Position numbers and translations under genes: made by a program
Part shown: positions 39,101 to 46,359 of the stretch, in pieces
Position numbering within the stretch: position 1 is the stretch's first letter
Layout: every line of letters starts with the position of its first letter
NCBI GenBank assembly: GCA_963846325.1
Contig: CAWJVO010000009.1
Coordinates: 251,083 to 315,082 of the forward strand
Length of the DNA: 64,000 bases
Origin: an uncultured bacterium
Lineage (GTDB): Bacteria; Krumholzibacteriota; Krumholzibacteriia; Krumholzibacteriales; Krumholzibacteriaceae
Direction: 5' to 3'
Notes under the pieces: generated by a model
Told to the model about the DNA's origin: nothing
What the model saw: only the letters and a program-made list of their open reading frames with translations
Databases searched by the model: none

Positions 39101-41641
39101 CGAGAACGTGACTCCCGCCTGGCTGGTCTGTCCGGAGATGACCGTCGCCGCGAGGTCGGTGGCGCCGCTCGCGACCGACGAATAGGTAACGTCGGCGACG
39201 TTCTCCGCCGGGATCGAGTTGCCGGCGTCGATGACGTCGGAGAGCCCGGCCGACGCAGGCGCGTTGTACGTCACCGCGACGGTGCCCGTGCTGTCGCTCT
39301 TGCCCCTGCGCGCGTAGAGGCCAAGCGCCTCCGTGGAGCTTCCCGCGGCCGCCGTCAGCGTTCCGTCGGGCGAATCCTTGATGAATATCGTTACATACTC
39401 GTCCGGTATGAGATTGCCGAAAGCGTCGCGCATCGTCGCCGTCGCGATCGTCGGAGAGTTGACGGTGACCGATTTGCTCGTCGGGGTCAGCACGATGGAG
39501 CTGATCGTTCCGTGGTCGGTCGTCGCGACGAACGACACCGTGCGTATCGAACCCGACGGCATCGAGGCGTCGAGAGCGTCGGAGTCGATCCCGCTCACCG
39601 TTCCGAGCCGCCAGAGCTCCCCTGCCGCCGTCCCGCCGCTCCCCGTGACCGAGGTCATCTGCTGCCCCCCGAGGGTGCGGCTCGCGTCGAAATAGCCTCC
39701 GCCGCTCGTAATTGCCCAGCTCACCGTCACGCCGGGAACCGGGTTTCCGAATGCGTCTTCGACCCGGACGACGAGGGACGCGGCCACTTCCTGATTGACG
39801 ACGGCGCGCTGATCGTCGCCGCTCACGAGAAGCATTCGATCGGGAGAGGCGTATCCCACGACGAGGGGCGTCGCGGACGACGATGTCACGGCGCCGCTCG
39901 AAGCGTAGATCGTGATCGATTCGACCTTGTTGTCGGTGATGCCGAGCTCGGCGTCGCCTCCATCCACGGGGACGAACTGATACCTGACCGTGTCTCCGAT
40001 CTCGGAGAGGATCGAACCCGCCGCGTTTCCGAGGCCCCACGTGATGAAGTCGCCCGGTACCGTCGAGCTCGTATATATCTTCGCGATGCCGCTGAAATCG
40101 GTAATCCTGTTATTCTGGGCGTCGCGCGCGTCGAACGTCACCGGGGACGATTGGCCCGCCGTCGCCGTGCCGGGGTGCGTCACGTTGAAATGATGAAGCG
40201 TCCCCGCGCCGAAGGTGACCGCCACGGTTTTCGTAATGTCCGCACCGTCCGCCTTCGCGCTGATCGTTTTCCCCTCGGCGACGGTCGATTTCAGACTTCC
40301 GATCGCGCGGCCGTTCCCATCGGTTACTTCGATGGGCTGGCCGAATATGTTCCCGCTGCCCGTCGCTGCAATCGTCACGGTCTTCCCTGCGATACCGTTT
40401 CCCTGCGCATCCCGCGCGTAGACCGTCACGGCTATCCCATCGATCCCGTCCGCGACGGCTGAAGATTTGTCCACCTGTACGTCCGAAACCGCCGCGCTGA
40501 AGAGTCCCGGGGCAAACGTCACGTTTTGCGTCTGCGTAATCGGCGTCGCACCCACCCTCGCGCTGACCGTCTTCAGCTCCGCCTTCGTCGACCGCAGCTT
40601 CCCTACCAGCCGCCCGTCCGCCCCCGTCACTCCCGACGAGGGAGTGATCGTGTTCAACGTCCCCGTCGCCTCTATCGTCACCGAGCTCCCCGCTATCGGG
40701 TTCCCCTGAGCGTCCGTCACAAGCGCCGTCACCGCGATCGAGTCAGTCCCGTTCGCCACAGCCAACGCCTTGTCCACCGTTACCGTCGAAACCGCCGCGC
40801 TGAAGAGTCCCGCGGCAAACGTCACATTTTGCGTCTGCGTAATCGGCGTCGCACCCACCCTCGCGCTGACCGTCTTCAGCTCCGCCTTCGTCGACCGCAG
40901 CTTCCCGACCAGCCGCCCGTCCGCCCCCGTCACTCCCGACGAGGGAGTGATCGTGTTCAACGTCCCCGTCGCCTCTATCGTCACCGAGCTCCCCGCTATC
41001 GGGTTCCCCTGAGCGTCCGTCACAAGCGCCGTCACCGCGATCGAGTCAGTCCCGTTCGCCACAGCCAACGCCTTGTCCACCGTTACCGTCGAAACCGCCG
41101 CGCTGAAGAGTCCCGCGGCAAACGTCACGTTTTGCGTCTGCGTAATCGGCGTCGCACCCACCCTCGCGCTGACCGTCTTCAGCTCCGCCTTCGTCGACCG
41201 CAGCTTCCCGACCAGCCGCCCGTCCGCCCCCGTCACTCCCGACGAGGGAGTGATCGTGTTCAACGTCCCCGTCGCCTCTATCGTCACCGAGCTCCCCGCT
41301 ATCGGGTTCCCCTGAGCGTCCGTCACAAGCGCCGTCACCGCGATCGAGTCAGTCCCGTTCGCCACAGCCAACGCCTTGTCCACCGTTACCGTCGAAACCG
41401 CCGCGCTGAAGAGTCCCGCGGCAAACGTCACGTTTTGCGTCTGCGTAATCGGCGTCGCACCCACCCTCGCGCTGACCGTCTTCAGCTCCGCCTTCGTCGA
41501 CCGCAGCTTCCCTACCAGCCGCCCGTCCGCCCCCGTCACTCCCGACGAGGGAGTGATCGTGTTCAACGTCCCCGTCGCCTCTATCGTCACCGAGCTCCCC
41601 GCGATCGGGTTCCCCTGCGCATCCGTCACAAGCGCCGTCAC
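30185..41641 (-). CDS. giant Big_1 (invasin/intimin-type Ig-like) repeat adhesin, C-terminal 3818 aa with T9SS C-terminal sorting domain
   Basis: Many Big_1 modules of about 100 aa are present (VTDAQGNPIAGSSVTIEATG...TVDKALAVANGTDSIAVTAL). The C-terminus carries a T9SS/FlgD-Ig-like CTD (YPNPFRAGTEPTKICYFLKKNSAVSIKIYDLGGRLVWTRSI...GVYMCKVEAGSQSALFKIAVAK). It is probably continuous with the 41638-45066 fragments. Confidence 0.8.
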   Translation of the reverse strand: MTALVTDAQGNPIAGSSVTIEATGTLNTITPSSGVTGADGRLVGKLRSTKAELKTVSARVGATPITQTQNVTFAAGLFSAAVSTVTVDKALAVANGTDSIAVTALVTDAQGNPIAGSSVTIEATGTLNTITPSSGVTGADGRLVGKLRSTKAELKTVSARVGATPITQTQNVTFAAGLFSAAVSTVTVDKALAVANGTDSIAVTALVTDAQGNPIAGSSVTIEATGTLNTITPSSGVTGADGRLVGKLRSTKAELKTVSARVGATPITQTQNVTFAAGLFSAAVSTVTVDKALAVANGTDSIAVTALVTDAQGNPIAGSSVTIEATGTLNTITPSSGVTGADGRLVGKLRSTKAELKTVSARVGATPITQTQNVTFAPGLFSAAVSDVQVDKSSAVADGIDGIAVTVYARDAQGNGIAGKTVTIAATGSGNIFGQPIEVTDGNGRAIGSLKSTVAEGKTISAKADGADITKTVAVTFGAGTLHHFNVTHPGTATAGQSSPVTFDARDAQNNRITDFSGIAKIYTSSTVPGDFITWGLGNAAGSILSEIGDTVRYQFVPVDGGDAELGITDNKVESITIYASSGAVTSSSATPLVVGYASPDRMLLVSGDDQRAVVNQEVAASLVVRVEDAFGNPVPGVTVSWAITSGGGYFDASRTLGGQQMTSVTGSGGTAAGELWRLGTVSGIDSDALDASMPSGSIRTVSFVATTDHGTISSIVLTPTSKSVTVNSPTIATATMRDAFGNLIPDEYVTIFIKDSPDGTLTAAAGSSTEALGLYARRGKSDSTGTVAVTYNAPASAGLSDVIDAGNSIPAENVADVTYSSVASGATDLAATVISGQTSQAGVTFSFRIEAVDGNGNRDLTNASRIVLEPPVAGGFTFSLTNFGAPVAEADLAGGVVTLYGRGSKQGIWPIQVRDKVEALSPDQFSITIVPNDTVSSYVVVAPSNATAGADFTVSAEARDRFDNRVTTAGYTIDFRAVQAADSSLVASGALSVANGSLVNGLFTGNGFRYTVAEAIRVEVASAANPIKGYSGVVAVDNAAAYQLVKLGGDSTGVQVGDSLRLRVRVADSYGNAVNGQTVFFTVQEGGGRLAAPQAVTDGNGNASLWFRTDTLQGTNRVRASILDANPEGLETQSFTVTTVPKSAIARVSLELPGVSFQAGESFTGNVAAYDEYGNLIDTDSSSQLRCVARRTTMAFVPGVMTLAAGRSSFSASDSTAGFNRIRVLSLAGDSLSEWSDLITIRPGPAYRIVEVRGDTLGVPVGSKIGLRARVSDEYGNAAPSEIVRFVITSNLGGSPSLWDGTGAPGDGLVLTDATGAAVCSLTTDTHSGVNSVSASILDANPPALERVLFTVGTAAGSIARFDVLPDGYSKTAGQSFALQLIAYDLDGNEATQDDTSRVNLASDGSAVFSVNPVTLTNGRAAVTVYDNRAEKLVLRAQTLAGGALSSSDTITVRPAVPSGAITFFSIVPGTITANGSSVSTITTNPVRDAYGNIVATGSLVRVTPSLGSVGSEDKDPSTPLTVERQTESSGAVSVFIRSGTTPGLSAIQFQSLAGSAAGTANVAFAPPPACAYAGYLAPRYLTPTQPATFRCSAANGSATGLNLTTQTFISFADSASNIYDAHLAAPVLLGGSATDTLDFETTAVPAGMLGGTYTPRVRLVGTDVYGSPYQVEFSAGSNSVSVSDIEIMRVTAPSIVSRGDTFEVDVRIKNGGGSFVSVNDIVPSYEHGYFGVTGTWNPALPDNLPAGAERDYRRSMYVLANSPLGADTIDASVTASVDGSQAQDASAYPNAAPIFVQSAASIAYVPGSLNPGVVSKGQSHGFSVSLRNDGQAAVILSGSGTRLSFTDGVDTLRVALGAEGALPGGAVTNIVFPPAAVPLAMDAGSWPVSVRLRGTENGASFSQTLVLGDAIVVVDPAQLAYRPGSIAPTPVSKRSAVAFEVGIDNSGGATVACDPDSTWITFSSGPVVYTAKLDGSRGTTVAPGARTLYFNAVTIPDALPTGSYLPAVRVKGTENGLPFSTNLSPTDAIAVQSPPQLAIASTTVFPSDSITADQAKEWFASIRVDNNGGAAVRLDSLKVRLYAGSTEVTSECVLTALNLNPGVDTLNGGSYKIIAERFRDNVAGPMTTGTIVVESKIWGRDMNSGAVLIATTEFGGKGSYLVQTPADLAVAAIVPSADTVTAYQRRVWTVDVVLANTGQSDVALDLSESNSFLAFSTSGDFLVASPSELAGGGVVVEGGSTDTLRYRIDRTGSVPGVCSITSTVRAVEINSERAFTVSSGASGIHGDVLVQSEADLEVVGFASLQDPVTIAQERDWTIEMEVRNTGESDATLLLDRVDSTWVAVPEGTGFSIENPAEIPGGGRTLRGGSTAILPFVVRTTGSILPGRQVLTGAILASENNSGRTLHAERYAPSSDDSVSFDLRADPRYVAGSLTPAVVSSGASVSFEARISSDALSRSTLVLDPGKVFLSFGDADGDTFRTTLSPVSEHVLASGGEITLFFRNAPVDTAIAHVTFPVSLHLEGTENGNPFSAVLGALSDSVSVEQAPQLSINRIVVPQSVTRSQSAAWQARMVLRNNGEASVVIDFNAAKTFINFNLVGIGDRTYEYGIDYPDRLEGSGTDTLAGGAVDSLVFVVTPTGSTSGLALVNGKVTAVDINSGLTIVDDTFDGGFSYAAIQNPGSPAIARTTPERTAVTSGQATPWEITLEVCNGGEADLTLVTDSMYVFYDGRLPFSQAAPAAFSEGGLVLEGGSCKHLVFSVSPTPDIPSGADIVLHAHAGFIESNSSIYSAFDTRQAGSGSGAMRVQAPAQIRIAQVENEAPRSPYINIDQRFQVSFEVINEGEAPAESIRVALEHSGSSGIEDTLLVLGALSGAAAESDTFRITAGTASGLETFRAHIRGALDGNSRESDLVRVNPALDDTTRAIIQSLAALEIFSVRPSQGEVNASQAADWTVSVSIANRGEAPLALRAPAASDLAFSLLGTRRYDYFVIAPDTLGSGSSSFSLAGGASDSLIYRISSTGGDTGMVAIDAGAGWTDMNDPLREPGSAAGSGSVRVKAPSGLRIVSVTSDAPNNALFPNTSVVDTDQAFGVTVRVENTGGDDLDSVNVHLVSNGATRTAIVGDSLVSVPSKSERDFAFSIVAASAPGSEILTSSIVYAVSVNTGERVYPAQAAESIENLRIELPALLSCGVSVTAPAGALDDTLSVGQTFVVTAAVSNEGQALVDTTGEVTLALPPSVLLANSADPLVKRLGTGSAVSWTLVAPAAPSQDTVKARISRIPDGVNTALPAAVRLIESAVALRTVEAGGVSGCAISIAAPQGAVDGTLSTEQDFTARAIFSPSASTDSVWIEISAPAGFSVIGDRTRFIGRGTGTQVTVDWIMRAPMGHVDADTLVVRAGGKDVNSGRVVGTCRVVFPVHVLIRPALAMSARISGPDEALDGSVSISLPFTIEATAARSGEAALDTTGARMEIVLPAGQGYALDGAPETYRKPFYPGQSVVWNVRAPASPTSPGNIEVRLIEPYATDVNTNLPCEISTGAAFIPVQTQAGSVLMSNASSADSIPPFVVPQGAQDVPVMRIVLKNASGFTIGLDTLYVAIEDGRGSPAADPARSVASLSCAVGGSEYSAAVAGRNPVPIVVGHGFTLAPGSADTLLLAADIAARALAGEIRFEIGRSADVVVSISESGTRIGVALELDGGDIAGHFRSGPLSIMSARFDEYVHNYPNPFRAGTEPTKICYFLKKNSAVSIKIYDLGGRLVWTRSIGSGDAGGTGAPEGTWHEIPWNGRNDRGELVRNGVYMCKVEAGSQSALFKIAVAK

Positions 41642-42895
41642 CGTCGACCGAGTCCAGCCCCGTTCGCCACAGCCAACGCCTTGTCCACCGTTACCGTCGA
41701 AACCGCCGCGCTGAAGAGTCCCGCGGCAAACGTCACGTTTTGCGTCTGCGTAATCGGCGTCGCGCCCACCCTCGCGCTGACCGTCTTCAGCTCCGCCTTC
41801 GTCGACCGCAGCTTCCCTACCAGCCGCCCATCCGCCCCCGTCACTCCCGACGAGGGAGTGATCGTGTTCAACGTCCCCGTCGCCTCTATCGTCACCGAGC
41901 TCCCCGCTATCGGGTTCCCCTGAGCGTCCGTCACAAGCGCCGTCACCGCGATCGAGTCAGTCCCGTTCGCCACAGCCAACGCCTTGTCCACCGTTACCGT
42001 CGAGACCGAGGCGCTGAACGGCCCCGGGGGTGAACGTCACGTTTTGCGTCGTGCGTGATAGCCGTCGCGCCCACCCTCGCGCGTGACCGTCTTCAGCTCC
42101 GCCTTCGTCGACCGCAGCTTCCCTACCAGCCGCCCGTCCGCCCCCGTCACTCCCGACGAGGGAGTGATCGTGTTCAACGTCCCCGTCGCCTCTATCGTCA
42201 CCGAGCTCCCCGCTATCGGGTTCCCCTGAGCGTCCGTCACAAGCGCCGTCACCGCGATCGAGTCAGTCCCGTTCGCCACAGCCAACGCCTTGTCCACCGT
42301 TACCGTCGAAACCGCCGCGCTGAAGAGTCCCGCGGCAAACGTCACGTTTTGCGTCTGCGTAATCGGCGTCGCACCCACCCTCGCGCTGACCGTCTTCAGC
42401 TCCGCCTTCGTCGACCGCAGCTTCCCGACCAGCCGCCCGTCCGCCCCCGTCACTCCCGACGAGGGAGTGATCGTGTTCAACGTCCCCGTCGCCTCTATCG
42501 TCACCGAGCTCCCCGCTATCGGGTTCCCCTGAGCGTCCGTCACAAGCGCCGTCACCGCGATCGAGTCAGTCCCGTTCGCCACAGCCAACGCCTTGTCCAC
42601 CGTTACCGTCGAAACCGCCGCGCTGAACGGGCCCGGCACGAACGTAACTCCTCGGGAATTCGTGATCCCGACCCCTCCCGCCTTTGCGCTGATCGTCTTC
42701 AACTCCGCCTTCGTCGACCGAATTTTCGAGATCATCCGCCCGTCCGAACCGCTCAATCCCGCGGGAGGACTGATCGTGTTCGAGCTGCCTGTCGCTTCGA
42801 CAGTCACAACGCTTCCGCTTATCGGATTCCCCTGCGCGTCGGATACAAACACCGTTACGGTGACCGAGTCCGCCCCGTTCGCCGTCACCGTCGTT
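40467..42895 (-). repeat. tandem array of 303-bp (101-aa Big_1) coding repeats, several copies 100 % identical
   Basis: Identical plus-strand shadow ORFs recur at 40770, 41073, 41376 and 42290 (period 303). Divergent copies flank the array at 40467 and 42593. Confidence 0.85.
41638..41991 (-). CDS. adhesin fragment (one Big_1 repeat unit) isolated by frame disruptions
   Basis: The 117-aa sequence is identical to the repeat consensus. It is flanked by indel-containing repeat junctions. Confidence 0.5.
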   Translation of the reverse strand: MDKALAVANGTDSIAVTALVTDAQGNPIAGSSVTIEATGTLNTITPSSGVTGADGRLVGKLRSTKAELKTVSARVGATPITQTQNVTFAAGLFSAAVSTVTVDKALAVANGAGLGRR

Positions 42896-45066
42896 TTGTC
42901 CACTTGCACGTCCGACACCGCCGGGCTGAACGCCCCGGACGTGAACGTCACGTTTCTCGTCTGCGTAATCGGCGTCGCACCCACCCTCGCGCTGACCGTC
43001 TTCAGCTCCGCCTTCGTCGACCGCAGCTTCCCGACCAGCCGCCCATCCGCCCCCGTCATACCCGACGAGGGAGTGATCGTGTTCAACGTCCCCGTCGCCT
43101 CTATCGTCACCGAGCTCCCCGCGATCGGATTCCCGCTCGCATCCGTCACAAGCGCCGTCACCGTCACCGAGTCCACCCCGTTCGCCACAACCGTCGTCTT
43201 GTCCACTGTCACCGTCGAGACCGAGGCGCTGAACGCCCCGGGGGTGAACGTCACGTTCTGCGTCGTCGTGATAGCCACCCCGCCCACCCTCGCCGTGATC
43301 GTCTTCAGCTCCGCCTTCGTCGATCGCATTTTCCCGATCAGACGTCCGTCGGCTCCCGTCACTCCCGACGAGGGAGTGATCGTGTTCAACGTCCCCGTCG
43401 CCTCGAACGCCACGAAGCTGCCGCTTATCGGATTGCCATAGACATCCGTCACGAGAGCCGTCACCACGATCGAGTCGGCCCCGTCCGCTACGGCCGTCGA
43501 CTTGTCCACCGTCACATTCGAGGCCGCGGCGCTGAAGGGTCCGGGGGTGAAGGTCACCCCGGTAGATTCCACGATATCGACGCCGTCGATCTTCGCCGTG
43601 AGCGTTTTTCCCTCCGCCTTCATCGAAAGGATGCTCCCGACGGCGGAACCGGTTCCGCTCGTAACACTCGAGGGCTGATGGAGAACATTGCCGGAACCCG
43701 TCGACGCGATCAGAATGGTCGCTCCGTCGACGCCGTTGTAGAATACGTCGCGAGCCCTGATGGTGACCTCGATCGAATCCACGCCGTTTGCGATCGCCGA
43801 CGCCTTGTTGACCGATATTTCGGATGTGCTGGTATCAAATGGAGCGTTATCGATGTAGATCTGGGCCGATGCGGCCTCGAGCGTGGGAGGAATTCCGTTC
43901 ACGTCGAGGAACGCGAGGTCCACGGGGACGGCCATTTCCTTATCCGTGTTCCGGTAATCGAGATATGCATGATCGGAGCCGCTCGGTATGACGATCGACG
44001 TGATCGGCGTCGCATGGTCGGCCGTCGAATAGAAATCGCCCGGCTGTCCGAAAAGCGATATTCCTTGATCGTTGAGGAGCGGACTCGCGTTGCCCTCCGC
44101 GTCCTCGACCCCGAGCCGGTACCTCGCGTAATCCCCCGCGACGACTGTCGTATCGGATGGAGAGGCCATGAGTCTGAAAGGGGCGCCGGGATCGACGGTG
44201 ATCGCCTGTTGAGCGTCCGTCCACGATTGGCCGGAAGCGGAAGCGGTGATGGTCTTTCCGCCGGCGACCGCATCCCGGTAGTACAGCGATACCGTATCGA
44301 GTCCCGACGCGACGACGACCACGCTCGTCTCGACGAAATTCGAGCCTCCGAGATGCGAGAACCGGCCGCCGATCGCGGTCGAGCTCAACGAGATATTCTG
44401 ATCGCCGCTCACCGGGGAGGGATTGCCGAACTCATCCTCGGTTCTCACGCGGATCACGGCGCTTTCGCCGTCGGCGGGAAACGTCTGCGGCGAAGTGACG
44501 AACGAGAGCTGCACGATGGGTCCCGCGACGACGTTGAGCGTCGGCGACGACGCTATCGCAGCCTTGCCGGAGCCGTCGGGATTCGATCTCACGATGAATG
44601 GGACGCCGCTCTCGGCGCCGGTCTGGGCAGTCGCCCGGCCGCCGAGGTCGATACTCGCGTCGCCATACACGATGTCGATCGTCTGCCCGACCGACAGCGT
44701 GTCGACGGATATGGAAATCGTTCTGACGGCTATCGCGATGGCGGGCGCGCCGAGCACCCCTTCGCTCGATACGGTCACATATCCGGCAAGAGACGATGCG
44801 GAGATCTGGGGCGCGGACCAGCCGTCGGGAATCTCGAGCTCGATCGCCCCCGAAGTGAATGCTTCGGCGGCGGTGTAACGGATCGTCCAGGTGCCCGACT
44901 CTCCGACTACGACGTCGCTCGAAGGATTGATCGTCGCCGTCCCCGAGCCTCCCGCGCCGAAGGCCGCACCCGCGGCGAGCAGCGCGAAAACGCAGAGGCT
45001 CGCGGCGAGCGCGCGGTGTCGCAAGGAGATCGGAATCCTACGCTTCATGTACTCGATCCTGTTCAT
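42037..45066 (-). CDS. adhesin N-terminal fragment: signal peptide + Big_1/Ig-like repeats (1009 aa)
   Basis: MKRRIPISLRHRALAASLCVFALLAAGAAFGAG is a signal peptide. The C-terminal part of the ORF runs into the same 303-bp repeat array as the 30185-41641 ORF. Confidence 0.75.
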   Translation of the reverse strand: MNRIEYMKRRIPISLRHRALAASLCVFALLAAGAAFGAGGSGTATINPSSDVVVGESGTWTIRYTAAEAFTSGAIELEIPDGWSAPQISASSLAGYVTVSSEGVLGAPAIAIAVRTISISVDTLSVGQTIDIVYGDASIDLGGRATAQTGAESGVPFIVRSNPDGSGKAAIASSPTLNVVAGPIVQLSFVTSPQTFPADGESAVIRVRTEDEFGNPSPVSGDQNISLSSTAIGGRFSHLGGSNFVETSVVVVASGLDTVSLYYRDAVAGGKTITASASGQSWTDAQQAITVDPGAPFRLMASPSDTTVVAGDYARYRLGVEDAEGNASPLLNDQGISLFGQPGDFYSTADHATPITSIVIPSGSDHAYLDYRNTDKEMAVPVDLAFLDVNGIPPTLEAASAQIYIDNAPFDTSTSEISVNKASAIANGVDSIEVTIRARDVFYNGVDGATILIASTGSGNVLHQPSSVTSGTGSAVGSILSMKAEGKTLTAKIDGVDIVESTGVTFTPGPFSAAASNVTVDKSTAVADGADSIVVTALVTDVYGNPISGSFVAFEATGTLNTITPSSGVTGADGRLIGKMRSTKAELKTITARVGGVAITTTQNVTFTPGAFSASVSTVTVDKTTVVANGVDSVTVTALVTDASGNPIAGSSVTIEATGTLNTITPSSGMTGADGRLVGKLRSTKAELKTVSARVGATPITQTRNVTFTSGAFSPAVSDVQVDKTTVTANGADSVTVTVFVSDAQGNPISGSVVTVEATGSSNTISPPAGLSGSDGRMISKIRSTKAELKTISAKAGGVGITNSRGVTFVPGPFSAAVSTVTVDKALAVANGTDSIAVTALVTDAQGNPIAGSSVTIEATGTLNTITPSSGVTGADGRLVGKLRSTKAELKTVSARVGATPITQTQNVTFAAGLFSAAVSTVTVDKALAVANGTDSIAVTALVTDAQGNPIAGSSVTIEATGTLNTITPSSGVTGADGRLVGKLRSTKAELKTVTREGGRDGYHARRKT

Positions 45067-45480
45067 CCTGAATCACCTGAAAGCGGCAAATGAAGGGCAT
45101 CGCGCAAGCTATGTGCCAATAGCATTTTTCAATTGGCATACGCCGCCGAAAATCCTTTCGCGCAGGAACGGGTCGCTCAATTCGAAAAACGGCACCCAGG
45201 ACGGGAATCGCTCCCGTTTCATAATATATTGGTATTATGACAAATACACGCGTCGTTCCGGACTTGTTCGCACGCCGTGCCGACGACATCGGCAACTCTG
45301 CCCCGATCGCGACGATAGGGCGGACCCGAACCCGCGATTCGCGATCGCCTGATCGGAACCAAAATAGCACACGCCGAAGCAAATTGCAATAACTAGAAAG
45401 TCTTTAACTCTTTGTATTAACGTTCGTTAGTAGACACTTCGGAAACGAGCCCCGAAAGAAACCTCGGCATCCCCGAAAAC
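45067..45480. promoter_or_regulatory. intergenic region upstream of the giant adhesin gene with a lower-GC tract (candidate promoter/leader)
   Basis: It is the only sizeable non-coding gap in the surface-protein array, and it is AT-richer (aaatagcacacgccgaagcaaattgcaataactagaaagtctttaactctttgtattaacg). The 45038-45382 ORF overlapping it was rejected. Confidence 0.35.
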
Positions 45481-45485
45481 CTGGC

Positions 45486-45507
45486 AGAAAACCTGGCACG
45501 CGCCAGG
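45486..45507 (-). terminator. possible terminator after the CBM48-lipoprotein cluster
   Basis: On the minus strand a CCTGGC-GCGT-GCCAGG hairpin is followed by TTTTCT. The stem is short. A direct repeat aaaacctggca x2 lies adjacent. Confidence 0.3.
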
Positions 45508-45529
45508 CGGCTATCCGGCGCATTCCCCT

Positions 45530-45925
45530 CTACCTGCGTACCTCGATGACGGAATTATACGCGCCGAAGCCGTCTTTGATCTTCTTCGGATTCCCGGGGT
45601 CGGGAATCCATTTTTCGCCGTCGATGAGAAACTTGTACTCGTAGCGTCCCGTTTGCAGCGGGAGCGTGATCGACCACACCCCCTTCTCCTCGCGATCGTA
45701 CATCGGATCGGCCCCGGTCGACCAGTTGTTGAAATCGCCGACGATGACGACCCGGTGCGCCTTGGGAGCATAGCAGACGAACCTCACTCCTCCCTCGACT
45801 TCCCGGGGTCCCGCCGACCGGATATCCTGCGCTTCCGTTTCCGGGCCTCTCGGCCCGCACGATACCGCGAGAACGGCGAGCGCCACGCAGAACGCGGCGC
45901 GAATCTTGATGAAAAGACGCTTCAT
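45530..45925 (-). CDS. lipoprotein with AMPK-beta/CBM48-type glycogen-binding domain
   Basis: A signal peptide (MKRLFIKIRAAFCVALAVLAVSCGP) is followed by VRFVCYAPKAHRVVIVGDFNNWSTGADPMYDREEKGVWSITLPLQTGRYEYKFLIDGEKWIPDPGNP. This is a strong AMPK1_CBM/CBM48 signature. Confidence 0.75.
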   Translation of the reverse strand: MKRLFIKIRAAFCVALAVLAVSCGPRGPETEAQDIRSAGPREVEGGVRFVCYAPKAHRVVIVGDFNNWSTGADPMYDREEKGVWSITLPLQTGRYEYKFLIDGEKWIPDPGNPKKIKDGFGAYNSVIEVRR

Positions 45926-45927
45926 AA

Positions 45928-46359
45928 TCACGGCACGATCAGGAGATTCGCCTTCCCCCCTTTTCCATCGTCGACGACCCTCGGATTTTCGGGATCGAGA
46001 TGCCACTCGGTCTCGTTGATGAGAAAACGGTAGCGGTAACGGCCCGGCCCGAGGCGGACCGCGAGCTCCCACACGCCCTTGTCGGCCGCTTTCTCCATGA
46101 GGCCGACAAGAACCTCTCCCTCTTCGGCGTCGCCGCGGGCCCAGTTGTTCCGGGACCAGTCGCCCGCGAGCTGAACCGTCCGCGCCGAGGGAACCTTGAC
46201 CCGGAAGGTGACCGTATCGCCCTCGATGCCCGGCATACCGAGCGATTTCTCGAGATACCGGCCGCAGGAGCCCGCGAGCAGGATTGCAGCCGCGATTGCG
46301 CACCGCCGCGTGACCGTTTTCGCGATAGACCGCATATTTCGATTATAATACCGTCGCAT
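45928..46359 (-). CDS. lipoprotein with CBM48-type glycogen-binding domain (paralog)
   Basis: The signal sequence with Cys is AIAAAILLAGSCG. The CBM48-like core is VQLAGDWSRNNW...GVWELAVRLGPGRYRYRFLINETEWHLDPENP. Confidence 0.7.
   Translation of the reverse strand: MRRYYNRNMRSIAKTVTRRCAIAAAILLAGSCGRYLEKSLGMPGIEGDTVTFRVKVPSARTVQLAGDWSRNNWARGDAEEGEVLVGLMEKAADKGVWELAVRLGPGRYRYRFLINETEWHLDPENPRVVDDGKGGKANLLIVP

Noticed and set aside
40526-41923. A 465-aa plus-strand ORF with a perfectly repeated RLRNRRRTHPRADRLQLRLRRPQLP unit.
   Set aside because: It is the antisense frame of the 303-bp Big_1 coding repeats. Its periodicity only mirrors the real repeat on the minus strand.
40467-42895. The regularly spaced identical repeats, which could suggest a CRISPR array.
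   Set aside because: The units are 303 bp and contiguous with no spacers. They lie in frame within a protein-coding gene. There are no cas genes.
45038-45382. A 114-aa minus-strand ORF in the adhesin upstream region.
   Set aside because: It spans the AT-rich non-coding leader and overlaps the adhesin start. It is Arg-rich and has no start context.
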